The notes under the pieces were generated by a model. That model saw nothing but the letters and a program-made list of their open reading frames with translations, ran no database searches and was not told the DNA's origin. Below are positions 1 through 9,490 of a stretch of DNA of 64,000 nucleotides, piece after piece. Every line of letters starts with the position of its first letter. Position 1 is the stretch's first letter. The position numbers were made by a program, and so were the translations under genes. Source of the DNA: Opitutales bacterium (GTDB lineage: Bacteria; Verrucomicrobiota; Verrucomicrobiia; Opitutales; UBA2987); assembly GCA_965226885.1 (NCBI GenBank), contig CBDDEL010000015.1, positions 64,001 to 128,000 of the forward strand, read 5' to 3'.

Positions 1-195
1 CCCGATACCGATTTTGCGGCAGTGGCCCGGTCCTTTGGCTGTTTCGGCATACGGGTGGATAAACCAGGCGAACTCCAGAGTGCCTTTGAGCAGGCAATGG
101 CCTCGGGGAAACCTGCCGTTGTCGATGTAAAAACCGACATCGAAGGCATCGCCCCTCAACCCTGGCGCCCTACAACATCAACAGAATCCATATGA
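1..195 (+). CDS. Thiamine pyrophosphate-dependent enzyme (acetolactate synthase-like), 3' end only
   Basis: Frame 1 reads PDTDFAAVARSFGCFGIRVDKPGELQSAFEQAMASGKPAVVDVKTD, the typical TPP-enzyme C-terminal segment; TGA at 193-195; truncated by window edge. Confidence 0.8.
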   Translation, partial: PDTDFAAVARSFGCFGIRVDKPGELQSAFEQAMASGKPAVVDVKTDIEGIAPQPWRPTTSTESI

Positions 196-198
196 AAT

Positions 199-993
199 AT
201 GAACATTGATCCGATATTACCACGCTCCGTTATTGGCGCCCAGTTATATACCATCAGGGAGCACACGCAAACACTCGCCGATATCGAAAAGAGCCTGCGG
301 CGGATTCGAGAAATTGGATACGAAGCTATTCAAATATCCTCCTTTGGTAAGGTAAATGCGGGCGATGTGGCAAAAATTGTGGAAGATTGCGGACTGACTG
401 TAGCGGCGACGCATATGGATTGGCCGGTTTTCCTCGAACAAATCGATTATGTGATAGAAACGCACCATTTATGGAATTGCAGGCACACCGCCATCGGCGG
501 CCTTGAGAAGGATAAGGATTATTTCAGTCTCGATGGCCTCAGTCGATTTATCGATGAACTGGGACCGGTGACGGAAAAACTGCATGCCGCCGGTCTCGAT
601 TTTTCCTACCATAACCATAGTCATGAACTCGTGCGCCTGGAGGGCAAGACATGGCTGGAGCGGCTATACGAACAAACGAGCCCTGATGATCTCAAGGCGG
701 AGATCGATGTTTACTGGATTACCGCCGGTGGGGGCGATCCCGCCCACTGGATCCGAAAAATAGGCCGTCGCCAGCCCTTGGTTCACTTAAAAGACATGGC
801 GGTTCTTGTTGACCGAACCCAACGATATGCGGAAGTCGGCGAAGGCAATCTCAACTGGCCGCCGCTTTTAGAAGCATGCCGGGAAGTGGGCGTCGAATGG
901 TACCTGGTGGAGCAGGATGAGTGTTATGAGAGCGATTCCTTCGACTGTCTCCAAACCAGCCTGAAAAATCTTCACGCTCTGGAATTGAGCTGA
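199..993 (+). CDS. Sugar phosphate isomerase/epimerase (AP endonuclease 2 / xylose isomerase-like TIM barrel)
   Basis: Motifs GAQLYTIR, FSYHNHSHE, EIDVYW, HLKD, VGEGNLNW, VEQD. Confidence 0.9.
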   Translation: MNIDPILPRSVIGAQLYTIREHTQTLADIEKSLRRIREIGYEAIQISSFGKVNAGDVAKIVEDCGLTVAATHMDWPVFLEQIDYVIETHHLWNCRHTAIGGLEKDKDYFSLDGLSRFIDELGPVTEKLHAAGLDFSYHNHSHELVRLEGKTWLERLYEQTSPDDLKAEIDVYWITAGGGDPAHWIRKIGRRQPLVHLKDMAVLVDRTQRYAEVGEGNLNWPPLLEACREVGVEWYLVEQDECYESDSFDCLQTSLKNLHALELS

Positions 994-1000
994 GGCGTTA

Positions 1001-1017
1001 TACGGGGCCGCCCCGTA
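1001..1017. terminator. Short GC hairpin after the isomerase stop, possible terminator
   Basis: TACGGGG-CCG-CCCCGTA; no clear U-tract immediately after. Confidence 0.3.
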
Positions 1018-1145
1018 AGCCATTGTATCCTCTGATGTTTCAAAAAAATAAACTGCGCTGCCGAGTCCTTTTCATTTTGCATCCACCGCATCCATGCATT
1101 TTAAATACTTAGCTTTGAACCATTAAATCACCAAGAAAGGAAAAT

Positions 1146-1871
1146 ATGACCGAACAGGAAATGCTGAAAGCCCTCAGAAAGATCGACACCCCGACGATTA
1201 CTAACGTAGTCGCCACTTATCCGGGCGATCCACTCTGCCTGGGACTCTACAATCCCTGGTCGGAAAACTGGTACACGGACCAATCCCTTAAATGCTGGTA
1301 TCCGGAGCTGGGCGCCTTCGCCGGTTATGCCGTCACCTGTGTCTTTAGCGTGCCCGACCCTCACTACAATAAGCTTACGTTTATGGATGTGCTCGAAGCC
1401 ATGGAAGTCTCGCCCAAGCCGTCGATATTTTGTTTCGAGCAGAAATTTCCGCCCGAGTTGGCTAACAAAGTAGGCCTTGCCGGTGGCAACATGACCTCAA
1501 TGATGATGGCGGTGGGGGCGATCGGAGCGATCTCCAACGGCCCGTCCCGGGACATCCACGAAATCCGGCCGATGAATTTTCAATACGTTACCAGTGGTAT
1601 TTCACCCGGCCATGGGGCTCAGGCGGTGCAGGCGGTCAACGTGCCGGTGCATATCTCGGGCATGGACGTGGCCCCCGGCGAGATCGTGCACATGGACGAA
1701 AACGGGGCCTGCAAGTTTCCCGCCGATAAACTGGAGGCGGTTCTGGAAAACGCGACCAAGTTGCTGGCCACGGAAGATGATCGAGTAGGAAGATTGTTAA
1801 AAGCAAAGGGCCTTGATGAAGTGAAGGCGATTGTGGCCGGCCATCATTATGTGAAGAAAGAGGGTGAATGA
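1146..1871 (+). CDS. RraA/HMG-aldolase family protein
   Basis: DTPTITN near N-terminus, GYAVT, ISNGPSRD, VAPGEIVHMDENG motifs. Confidence 0.85.
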   Translation: MTEQEMLKALRKIDTPTITNVVATYPGDPLCLGLYNPWSENWYTDQSLKCWYPELGAFAGYAVTCVFSVPDPHYNKLTFMDVLEAMEVSPKPSIFCFEQKFPPELANKVGLAGGNMTSMMMAVGAIGAISNGPSRDIHEIRPMNFQYVTSGISPGHGAQAVQAVNVPVHISGMDVAPGEIVHMDENGACKFPADKLEAVLENATKLLATEDDRVGRLLKAKGLDEVKAIVAGHHYVKKEGE

Positions 1872-1999
1872 GGCTCACCTTTTTCATCGACGGATTACAC
1901 GAATAAGCACCTCTAACTTTAAACAGTGATGCCGACGCTTTTCCTGCATTCAATAAGGATGGCTCGGGCTAGGAAATCAAGCTAGGCATTGAGGGATAC

Positions 2000-3502
2000 T
2001 TAAAATTGATATTTGCCGCGATCTCCGATAAGGCGTTCGCCCGTTTCCGTATTGACATAAACAGGGGAAGGCTTGCTGTCGAGAATGTGTTTCAGCCATA
2101 CTTTTTTCTCATCGCTCCACATCAGGGGGTATTTTTCCCGGGAAGTCCAAAGATGACCCAGGCTCATTGTCTTGAACCAAAAAGAATCGGTTGCCGCGCC
2201 CACATCGTAGCAGTAAAGCCAGCCATGAGTTTGATGGTATACGGCCGGAAATTTATGTATTTCCAAAGAGCCTAGCCAGGGCGAATAGATGGTGTGTTGC
2301 GAGAGGGACTCGATTTCACCGAAGTAATTGGCAACGCCGGTCTGGAACTCATTGACCTCAACCGTTATGGGTATGATGAGGGCCTTGTTGCCTTGGCGGG
2401 GAAAAGCCTCTGTCCCACTCTGTATCAATTCGAACTCGATGGTGTAATGGCCGGTTTTGCCGGGAGCGATTTGCAAAAGCTCAAATTTTGCGGTTTCACC
2501 CGGATGGCAGTCCTCCGACAGGTTTGCCCGTTGGGTTTTAAGAATGCCTTCAGCTTCATTTAACCAGTCATACTTCAATCGAATCCAATATTGAAAATTT
2601 TCTGATCCAATGGCTCTCCAAAGGGAATCGCTAGTATTTTTAACAACTACATTGATGGCAAATTGTTGGTATTTATAGACAATCCATGCTGCTTGATCCG
2701 TTGTCATAGTAGAGCGAAAGCCATTTTCGGGCAATTTTTTGACGAAATCCGAGCGATCAAAATCCCGGACTTTTTTACTGGTTTCCCGGAATTGTGTCTC
2801 CCATTGCGAGTTAATTTCACTACGAGTGGGAATAAAGCCAAGGTCATCCAGGGAAGGGATTTTCTGGCATGACAGGCTGAGAAAATCCAGAATTTCATTC
2901 AAAGTCTTATCATAGTCGCCAATTAATATTTCATAAGTGATTTCGTAAAAGTCGAAATTTCCGTTTTTGAGGAATGTCTTCCAGTTCAATTCCTGTTCCT
3001 CCAGGTTGCGCATAAGGGCATTGATGTCGAAATAATCGAAGCGCAGGCCCCGTTCCTCAATCCGGAATTCACGGTTATTGTGCCAAACGTTAGATTGCAC
3101 GGATTTGAATAATGATATGGCTTGTTTCAACCGGTCTTCCCTGCGTATAAAAATCATTTTGACGTCTGGAAAAAACTCGGCCAGCAGACTTTGCATAGTC
3201 AGATTTTGTAACTGCGGGAGGTTAGTTTTCAAACCGGAGATTATATCTTCAAGCTGATACCACATTATTTTCTGTCCGAAGACACCATTATCGGTGCGGG
3301 TGGCGGCAACCACTCTGCTAACGCATTCAGACAAAGGGACATCCTGCGGCAGATCAAATCTCCCCTTCCAAACGGCGAGAGTTTCCTCCTTAAAAAATTC
3401 CTGTGGATTGCCGGCCAGACCCGTTTTGGCCAGGGCCGCGCCCAGCAAGGTGCTGCCCGACCGGGGCAGAGAACAGATGATATAGGAATTGTTTATTTGC
3501 AT
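2000..3502 (-). CDS. Stf0-family sulfotransferase fused to an Ig-like domain and an aromatic-rich C-terminal domain
   Basis: 5'-PSB loop LPRSGSTLL, GNPQEFF, RREDRLKQAISLFKS, YEIL; then VKNTSDSLW...PGET...APGKTGHYTIEFEL (NBR1-like Ig) and SPWLG...YHQTHGWLY...LGHLWTS. Confidence 0.85.
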   Translation of the reverse strand: MQINNSYIICSLPRSGSTLLGAALAKTGLAGNPQEFFKEETLAVWKGRFDLPQDVPLSECVSRVVAATRTDNGVFGQKIMWYQLEDIISGLKTNLPQLQNLTMQSLLAEFFPDVKMIFIRREDRLKQAISLFKSVQSNVWHNNREFRIEERGLRFDYFDINALMRNLEEQELNWKTFLKNGNFDFYEITYEILIGDYDKTLNEILDFLSLSCQKIPSLDDLGFIPTRSEINSQWETQFRETSKKVRDFDRSDFVKKLPENGFRSTMTTDQAAWIVYKYQQFAINVVVKNTSDSLWRAIGSENFQYWIRLKYDWLNEAEGILKTQRANLSEDCHPGETAKFELLQIAPGKTGHYTIEFELIQSGTEAFPRQGNKALIIPITVEVNEFQTGVANYFGEIESLSQHTIYSPWLGSLEIHKFPAVYHQTHGWLYCYDVGAATDSFWFKTMSLGHLWTSREKYPLMWSDEKKVWLKHILDSKPSPVYVNTETGERLIGDRGKYQF

Positions 3503-3539
3503 AGGATTTTCCTGGCGGAAAGCTGGAGTAGAGCCCAGC

Positions 3540-6317
3540 CTATTTACCCATTTGGTTCTGGGAACGAACGAAGCGCATGCCCAGAATGCGAGCCAGGTTG
3601 AGGTAAACCTTGGTTGCCAGGCGGGGCGAGGTACGCTGGATTTTTTCTAGGGACTCCCAGTCGATGGAGAGTATCTGGGCATCGGTCCGGGAGTGTATGT
3701 CGGCGGTTCTTTTACACCGTGCCATGAGCGCTATTTCGCCAAAGGCATCACCCATTTTCAAATTGTTGAGGATGACTTTTTTACCCTCGAAAGTCTTGGA
3801 AACTTCTAAATCGCCCTCTACGACGACGTACATTTCGTTGCCCCATTGGCCGTCGACAATGATATGCTCGCCCGCTTTGCAATCGATCAACTGGGAGAGG
3901 AGGAGGAATTTTTTCACCTGCATGCTGCTCATGCCCTGGAACAGGGTGGAGCGTTCCCGCAACGATTTTCGAAGCTCCAGGCCGAGGAGGTCCCAAATGG
4001 TGATGAGACGAATGGTGGATAAGAGGGCAGGAGTGAGGATAATATCGGTGATGACCGCCATAACGACAACAAATGCGCTCAGTATGCCGAATTGCTGGAC
4101 GGGAACAAAACTGGAAAAGCCCAGGGTGAGAAAACCACCGGAAAGCCCCAGCGTGGTGACCAGAACCGGAATAAGCTCATCTTTGAGGGCTTGGTGGAGT
4201 GCTTTTTTCTCGTCCTTGAGGTTTTTCAGTTCCTTGTTGTAGCGGACCATCAAATGCAGGGTATCGTCCACCCCGATGCCGATGGTGATGGCCGCCACCA
4301 TGCAGGTGCCTACATTGAGGGGTATGCCCAGTATCCCCATGACGGCAAAGAGAACCACGACCGAGAACATGTTCGCCATGACCGCGTATATACCGCAGCG
4401 CAGGGAGACGAAGAGAACGCAGATGATGACAAAAAGCAGGCCCGCGATGCTCCCCAGGGAAGCGATCTGACTGACGGCGATTTTATCCACAGCGGCCGAA
4501 ACGAGGACTGCCTTGCCCGTGATGGTGTAAATTTGCGGCCCGTAGCGGCCGCTGTCGATCTCGTGGCGTATTTCATCCATCAACCGGTTAAAGTGAGTGC
4601 TGTTGTTGACGTGGGTGCGAATCACCATATTGGCCTGCGAGTAATCGGCATTGACCAGGTTTTCGATATCGCTGCGATGGAAAAAAAGCAGGTATTGGGC
4701 TATGGCCGAATCTTTGTCCGGAATCTCATAGCGCTGCTCGTTACCGCTGAACATTTCCTGGTTGACGAGGCTGATGTAATCGGCCAGCGAGGTAACGGTA
4801 TCGAAATCCTCAATGGATTTGAGGCTTTTCCCGATCGCTTTGAGTTGTTTGAGCTTTCCCGCTGTTTTAAAGTCTCCGGTATTGCCCTTAAAGGTCACAT
4901 AAACGACTTTCGAGCCGGACAAGCGCTCGGTTGCCCTGTTGATTTGTTGAACGGTCTCGGAATCCGGCCGGAGAAATGAGAGGAGGTCGTTGTCCAGCTG
5001 CACGGTTGAGGCAAAGTAAAATGCCGGTATGGACAGGGCTATGAATATAAGAATGATGCGGATCGGGTGAGTGGCAATTTTTTCTATTATGCCGTCGGCC
5101 AGACGATCCGTATTGTGCCTCAGCCACTGGCTCTTGGGTTTGCCTTCCTTTCGGGGTTTTGCAGGAAAAAGCTTCTCCGACAGGCTCAGGTAGGCGGGAA
5201 GAAAAAAGACCGTGGTCAGAAACCGGAAAAAGAGGCCCATGGCGGCGGTGTGCCCAAAATGCTGCATGCCGCGTATCTCCGTCAGGCTGGTAGCAGCAAA
5301 ACCGAAGGTGGTGGTGCAGGCTGTCAGGACAAGAGTGAGGCCTACCTTGCGGCCGGTCAGCAGCACTGCATCTTTTCCACTCTTTTGACCGCGTTCCCTA
5401 AGATCTTTGTATTCGGTCAGAAAATGAACGTCTTCCGTCGCACCGACGATCAGGATGATGGCCGGAACGATGTAATTGAGCATATTGAGTGGAATACCCA
5501 GCCAGGTCATCATGCCGAGGGTCCACACCGTGCTCAGCAGGGCATTGAGCAGAGGCAGCACCGAGGAGTTGAAATTGCGGAGGGCGGAACCAATCAGGAT
5601 GGCGATGAAAAAGCCGGCCAGAGGCAGCAGCAAACGTTGGTCCTGTTTGATATAATTGGCCATTCGCACTTGCAGGGCAGGTGAGCCAATCTGGAAAATG
5701 CTGTCGAAATCTTCTTCAAAATCTTCCAGGATGCGCTCCACCCCGGCATACAATTCCCGGTCGGTTTTATCTTCATTTGGTCCAGCCTCGACCTTGGCAC
5801 TATTGTTTTTGCCCAGATAGAGGGTGAGTATGGTCGCCTGGCCGTCTTTCGAGATGACGGTTCGCAGGAGCAGCGGGTTGGTTATGGCCTGCTGCCGTTT
5901 ATCTTCCAGATCGGCGGCATCGTCTGGAACCCGATCCAGCAGAGGGCCTGTCTCCAGCCACCCATCGCTTCCTATTATATGATTAACGGTAAAAATGCTC
6001 TCCACCCGCTCGACCGAGGCGAGTCCCTCCTCGTTGCCGTCGGAAAGCCGATTGTTCAACTCCTGTAGGCGTTTCATGGGACCGGGTGTGAAGAGGTCGG
6101 CGTCCTCGACATAAACGGCCGCGATTTTGTCGGAGCCAAAGGTTTCCAAGGCAGCTTCGTAATCCTTTCGCAGGGGGCTGTCCTTGGGCAGGAGTTGGTC
6201 GGAGTTGACCTCCAGCCTTAAATTTCTGGCCATGTAAGCTCCCGCCGCAGTGAGCAGAGCGGTAGCCAGAAAGACCAGCAGGGCGTGCCTATGGCTGAAT
6301 GTAAGCAACTTCCACAT
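3540..6317 (-). CDS. MMPL/RND-superfamily transporter with C-terminal cyclic-nucleotide-binding domain
   Basis: Two MMPL repeats with TM acidic motifs GATEDVHF and GIGVDDTLH; C-terminal MYVVVEGDLEV...FGEIAL...RTAD phosphate-binding cassette. Confidence 0.9.
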   Translation of the reverse strand: MWKLLTFSHRHALLVFLATALLTAAGAYMARNLRLEVNSDQLLPKDSPLRKDYEAALETFGSDKIAAVYVEDADLFTPGPMKRLQELNNRLSDGNEEGLASVERVESIFTVNHIIGSDGWLETGPLLDRVPDDAADLEDKRQQAITNPLLLRTVISKDGQATILTLYLGKNNSAKVEAGPNEDKTDRELYAGVERILEDFEEDFDSIFQIGSPALQVRMANYIKQDQRLLLPLAGFFIAILIGSALRNFNSSVLPLLNALLSTVWTLGMMTWLGIPLNMLNYIVPAIILIVGATEDVHFLTEYKDLRERGQKSGKDAVLLTGRKVGLTLVLTACTTTFGFAATSLTEIRGMQHFGHTAAMGLFFRFLTTVFFLPAYLSLSEKLFPAKPRKEGKPKSQWLRHNTDRLADGIIEKIATHPIRIILIFIALSIPAFYFASTVQLDNDLLSFLRPDSETVQQINRATERLSGSKVVYVTFKGNTGDFKTAGKLKQLKAIGKSLKSIEDFDTVTSLADYISLVNQEMFSGNEQRYEIPDKDSAIAQYLLFFHRSDIENLVNADYSQANMVIRTHVNNSTHFNRLMDEIRHEIDSGRYGPQIYTITGKAVLVSAAVDKIAVSQIASLGSIAGLLFVIICVLFVSLRCGIYAVMANMFSVVVLFAVMGILGIPLNVGTCMVAAITIGIGVDDTLHLMVRYNKELKNLKDEKKALHQALKDELIPVLVTTLGLSGGFLTLGFSSFVPVQQFGILSAFVVVMAVITDIILTPALLSTIRLITIWDLLGLELRKSLRERSTLFQGMSSMQVKKFLLLSQLIDCKAGEHIIVDGQWGNEMYVVVEGDLEVSKTFEGKKVILNNLKMGDAFGEIALMARCKRTADIHSRTDAQILSIDWESLEKIQRTSPRLATKVYLNLARILGMRFVRSQNQMGK

Positions 6318-6360
6318 GGATAGATTGAGGACTTACAGGACCAGGCCAGAAGGCCATTTG

Positions 6361-7224
6361 TCAACGGGGTTGATTGAAGATTGCCTCAATTTGTTCATCA
6401 TACTCTGACTTCCAGTTTTGTAGCGATTCGGGGCGCAAGAGATTTTCTATTTCGGCGGATTCGTAAACCCCATTGGTCACCACGATGAGGGAGGTAGTAT
6501 CTTTGAGGTGGTGTGTCATTTCCGCGCGGCTGGCCATGGCGGATCCATTTTTTCCGCCTACATTTTTATATTGAGTGAATCGGAGTGTTTTGAGCAGTTT
6601 TACTTCACCGATATAGAATTCGATTTTTAAAATGGTATAGTCATCGCTCGAAATCCATAATTCGCGTTTTGCGTAACCGGTGTTCTCAGTGGATTCTTTG
6701 TCAATCGGGAGGGCCGTGATTCTAAAACACTGAACATCATCCACATAATCGTCCAGACCTCGTTTGTATTGGTAATTTGCGGGGGTTTCCGGGAGGAGGT
6801 CTTCATAGGCGAAATCGGAGCCCATGAAATAACCTTTTTGGCCTGAACCGGAAATTTTCCTCAACTGGCCGAGTGCTGGCAAATAGAGGGTTTGCTCGTA
6901 GGCATTTCCTTCCTCCAGTTTGCTCAGCAAAGCCACTCCTCGGATGGCCTCCGGGTTGACGAAGCGCAGCAATGAATACTGTGTTTTGCGGTCGTCTTCA
7001 TGGAAGAGGCGGAGGATTTCCCGCATTTCAATATTCCCCCGGCTGTCGATGGTGACCATTTTTATGTTTTCAATTTTTGTCGAAAGGCCATGCCGGTTTA
7101 AATATTCGTTGATAACATTTCGCCCGGTTACGCTTTCCCTGCGAAACCCGTATAAAAATAAAGAGCAGGCCGCGGCCAAAGCCGCCAAGACCAAAAATGG
7201 GGGAGCGTTTTTTCGGGGTTTCAT
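6361..7224 (-). CDS. Outer-membrane lipoprotein-sorting protein (LolA-like)
   Basis: N-terminal hydrophobic segment; RFVNPEAIRGVALL, LYLPALGQLRKISG, FMGSDFAYED, YAKRELWI motifs. Confidence 0.85.
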   Translation of the reverse strand: MKPRKNAPPFLVLAALAAACSLFLYGFRRESVTGRNVINEYLNRHGLSTKIENIKMVTIDSRGNIEMREILRLFHEDDRKTQYSLLRFVNPEAIRGVALLSKLEEGNAYEQTLYLPALGQLRKISGSGQKGYFMGSDFAYEDLLPETPANYQYKRGLDDYVDDVQCFRITALPIDKESTENTGYAKRELWISSDDYTILKIEFYIGEVKLLKTLRFTQYKNVGGKNGSAMASRAEMTHHLKDTTSLIVVTNGVYESAEIENLLRPESLQNWKSEYDEQIEAIFNQPR

Positions 7225-7424
7225 TCTACCGGCCGGATGAAAGCTGATTGACCTACTTTACACTGTCGGTCCGCCATTTCAATATATTTGCGACCCCTTC
7301 TGGATGTGTCCATTTTTTATCCTGTCACCGGGGACGAATAAGCCTAATATTCTTTTTATCAGTCCATTTATGGGTTGAAAATTACCTTTACGGCGGGATG
7401 CCCTGGTTCATACTCCCAAAATCT

Positions 7425-8204
7425 ATGAAGCATCTTGAAAATAAAGTCATCCTGGTGACCGGCGCGGGCCAGGGAATGGGTAGGGGAATCGCGTTGGCTG
7501 TCTCTCAGGCGGGAGCCAAAGTAGTTGCCGGTGATCTCCATCTTGAAGGGGTCGAAGAAACGATTGCGCTGGTGGAAGAAGCCGGCGGGACCGGGTTGGC
7601 TCTTTTTCTGGATGTGACCAAAGCGGATACGATTTCGGCGGCTGTGGAGAAAATTGTCCAGGAATTCGGCCGGTTGGACGGTTTGGTCAACAATGCCGGT
7701 GTGGTGCGTATAAGCCCCGCGTTGGATTCTCCTCCCGAGGAGCGCGCCCTGCAATTCGACGTCAATGTGGAGGGGGTTTTTCTATGCAGCCAGATTGCCG
7801 CCCGGCAAATGATTTCCCAGGACAGTGGCGGGTCCATGGTCAACATCGCCTCTGAGGCAGGCAAAGTCGGCCACATGGACATGGCGGGCTATAATGCAAG
7901 CAAGGCGGCCGTCATCAGTATGTCCCGATCCTTTGCCCTCGAGTGGAGCAAATACCGCATCAACGTAAATGCGGTCTGCCCCGGCGGTGTGGAAACCCCA
8001 ATGCTTCTGGACGTGGCCAAATGGATTGCCCAGCGGGACGGGGGAGACCCCCATGAAATCGTTAGAACCCTGCATCCGCCTCAGTTGGGCCGAAACATAC
8101 AACCCATTGAAATCGGTCGCGTGGTAGCCTTCCTGCTATCTGATGATGCCATTATCATCCGGGGCCAGGCCGTAAATGTTGATGGCGGGGAGACTCCTTA
8201 TTAG
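7425..8204 (+). CDS. SDR family oxidoreductase
   Basis: TGAGQGMG, NNAG, YNASK, NAVCPG; start set at ATG 7425 (MKHLENKV). Confidence 0.9.
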   Translation: MKHLENKVILVTGAGQGMGRGIALAVSQAGAKVVAGDLHLEGVEETIALVEEAGGTGLALFLDVTKADTISAAVEKIVQEFGRLDGLVNNAGVVRISPALDSPPEERALQFDVNVEGVFLCSQIAARQMISQDSGGSMVNIASEAGKVGHMDMAGYNASKAAVISMSRSFALEWSKYRINVNAVCPGGVETPMLLDVAKWIAQRDGGDPHEIVRTLHPPQLGRNIQPIEIGRVVAFLLSDDAIIIRGQAVNVDGGETPY

Positions 8205-8273
8205 ATAGGGGATGCTTGATGCTGGATGGTGACACTTCAAAAAATGCCATATAACCTAATGTTTGTTTATTAG

Positions 8274-9458
8274 ATGAAGGCGGCGCTCCTTGTGATCGAC
8301 AGTTTTGGGATTGGGGCGTTGCCGGATGCCGGAAACTATGGTGATGAAGGTTCCAATACCGCCCTGCATATTTGCCAAAACGTGCCGGAGGTTCATCTTC
8401 CCAACTTAACCCGGCTTGGCCTTGGTAATTGTTCCGAGATTTTGGGCAATCCGCTGCCGGGCGTTCCGGCCCAGTCCGCCCCCCTCGCTTCCTGCGGTGT
8501 GATGCGGGAAATGTCTTCCGGCAAGGACACCACGACCGGCCATTGGGAACTCGCGGGCATCATTCTGGACAAGCATTTCCATACCTTTCCGGCCAAAGCG
8601 CCCTCCTTTCCGGAAGAGATTTTAGGGCCTTTTCGGAAGACTTTCAGGGTGGATGTCCTGGGCAACGAGTCGGCCTCGGGAGTTGAAATTATCGGTCGTC
8701 TGGGCGAGGAGCATGTGCGAAGCGGCCATCCCATTGTTTACACCTCGGCCGATTCGGTTTTACAAGTGGCAGCCCACGAGGAAATTATTCCATTGGAGAG
8801 GCTTTATGAGATGTGCCGGGTCCTGCGGCGGCTGTGCGATCCACTGCTCGTGGGCCGGGTCATCGCCCGACCCTTCGTGGGTGAATCGGGAAATTTTGAG
8901 CGCACCGTCAATCGCAAGGATTTCAGTCTGCCCCTGCCCCAAACGACCATTTTCGACTTGTTGAGCGAACATGGCGTCAAAACCATTGCGGTAGGGAAAA
9001 TCGGGGATATTTTCAATGAACAGGGAATCGATGAAAGTTTCCATGATAAGGGGAATCCCGCCTGTCTGGAACGGACCTTGAAGATTTTGTTAGGCCGGGA
9101 CAGGGAAAAGGAATCATTTTTCATGTTCGTCAATTATGTCGATACGGATATGTATTACGGGCACCGCAGGGATGTTCAGGGCTACTACGACGCCCTCGCC
9201 GAGATCGACCGATGCCTGGGCCAGATGATGGAGGCCCTGCACCCGGGGGATCTTCTCATGGTGACCGCGGATCATGGTTGCGATCCTACCTTCGGCGGTT
9301 CCGACCACACCCGTGAATATGTTCCCATGCTGTATTATCGAAAGGGATCGGCGGGGCGGAATATCGGCATAAGGGACAGCTTTTCCGATTGCGCCCAAAG
9401 CCTTGCGGCCTGTTTCGGCGTCAACCCCCTTCCCCATGGGGTAAGTTTCTTTTTGTAA
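8274..9458 (+). CDS. deoB: Phosphopentomutase
   Basis: DSFGIG, GKDTTTGHWE, YTSADSV, GRVIARPF, GHRRD, TADHGCDP, DHTREYVP. Confidence 0.97.
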   Translation: MKAALLVIDSFGIGALPDAGNYGDEGSNTALHICQNVPEVHLPNLTRLGLGNCSEILGNPLPGVPAQSAPLASCGVMREMSSGKDTTTGHWELAGIILDKHFHTFPAKAPSFPEEILGPFRKTFRVDVLGNESASGVEIIGRLGEEHVRSGHPIVYTSADSVLQVAAHEEIIPLERLYEMCRVLRRLCDPLLVGRVIARPFVGESGNFERTVNRKDFSLPLPQTTIFDLLSEHGVKTIAVGKIGDIFNEQGIDESFHDKGNPACLERTLKILLGRDREKESFFMFVNYVDTDMYYGHRRDVQGYYDALAEIDRCLGQMMEALHPGDLLMVTADHGCDPTFGGSDHTREYVPMLYYRKGSAGRNIGIRDSFSDCAQSLAACFGVNPLPHGVSFFL

Positions 9459-9490
9459 ATTAATTTTTTTGCGTTACCTAAGACAGAATA

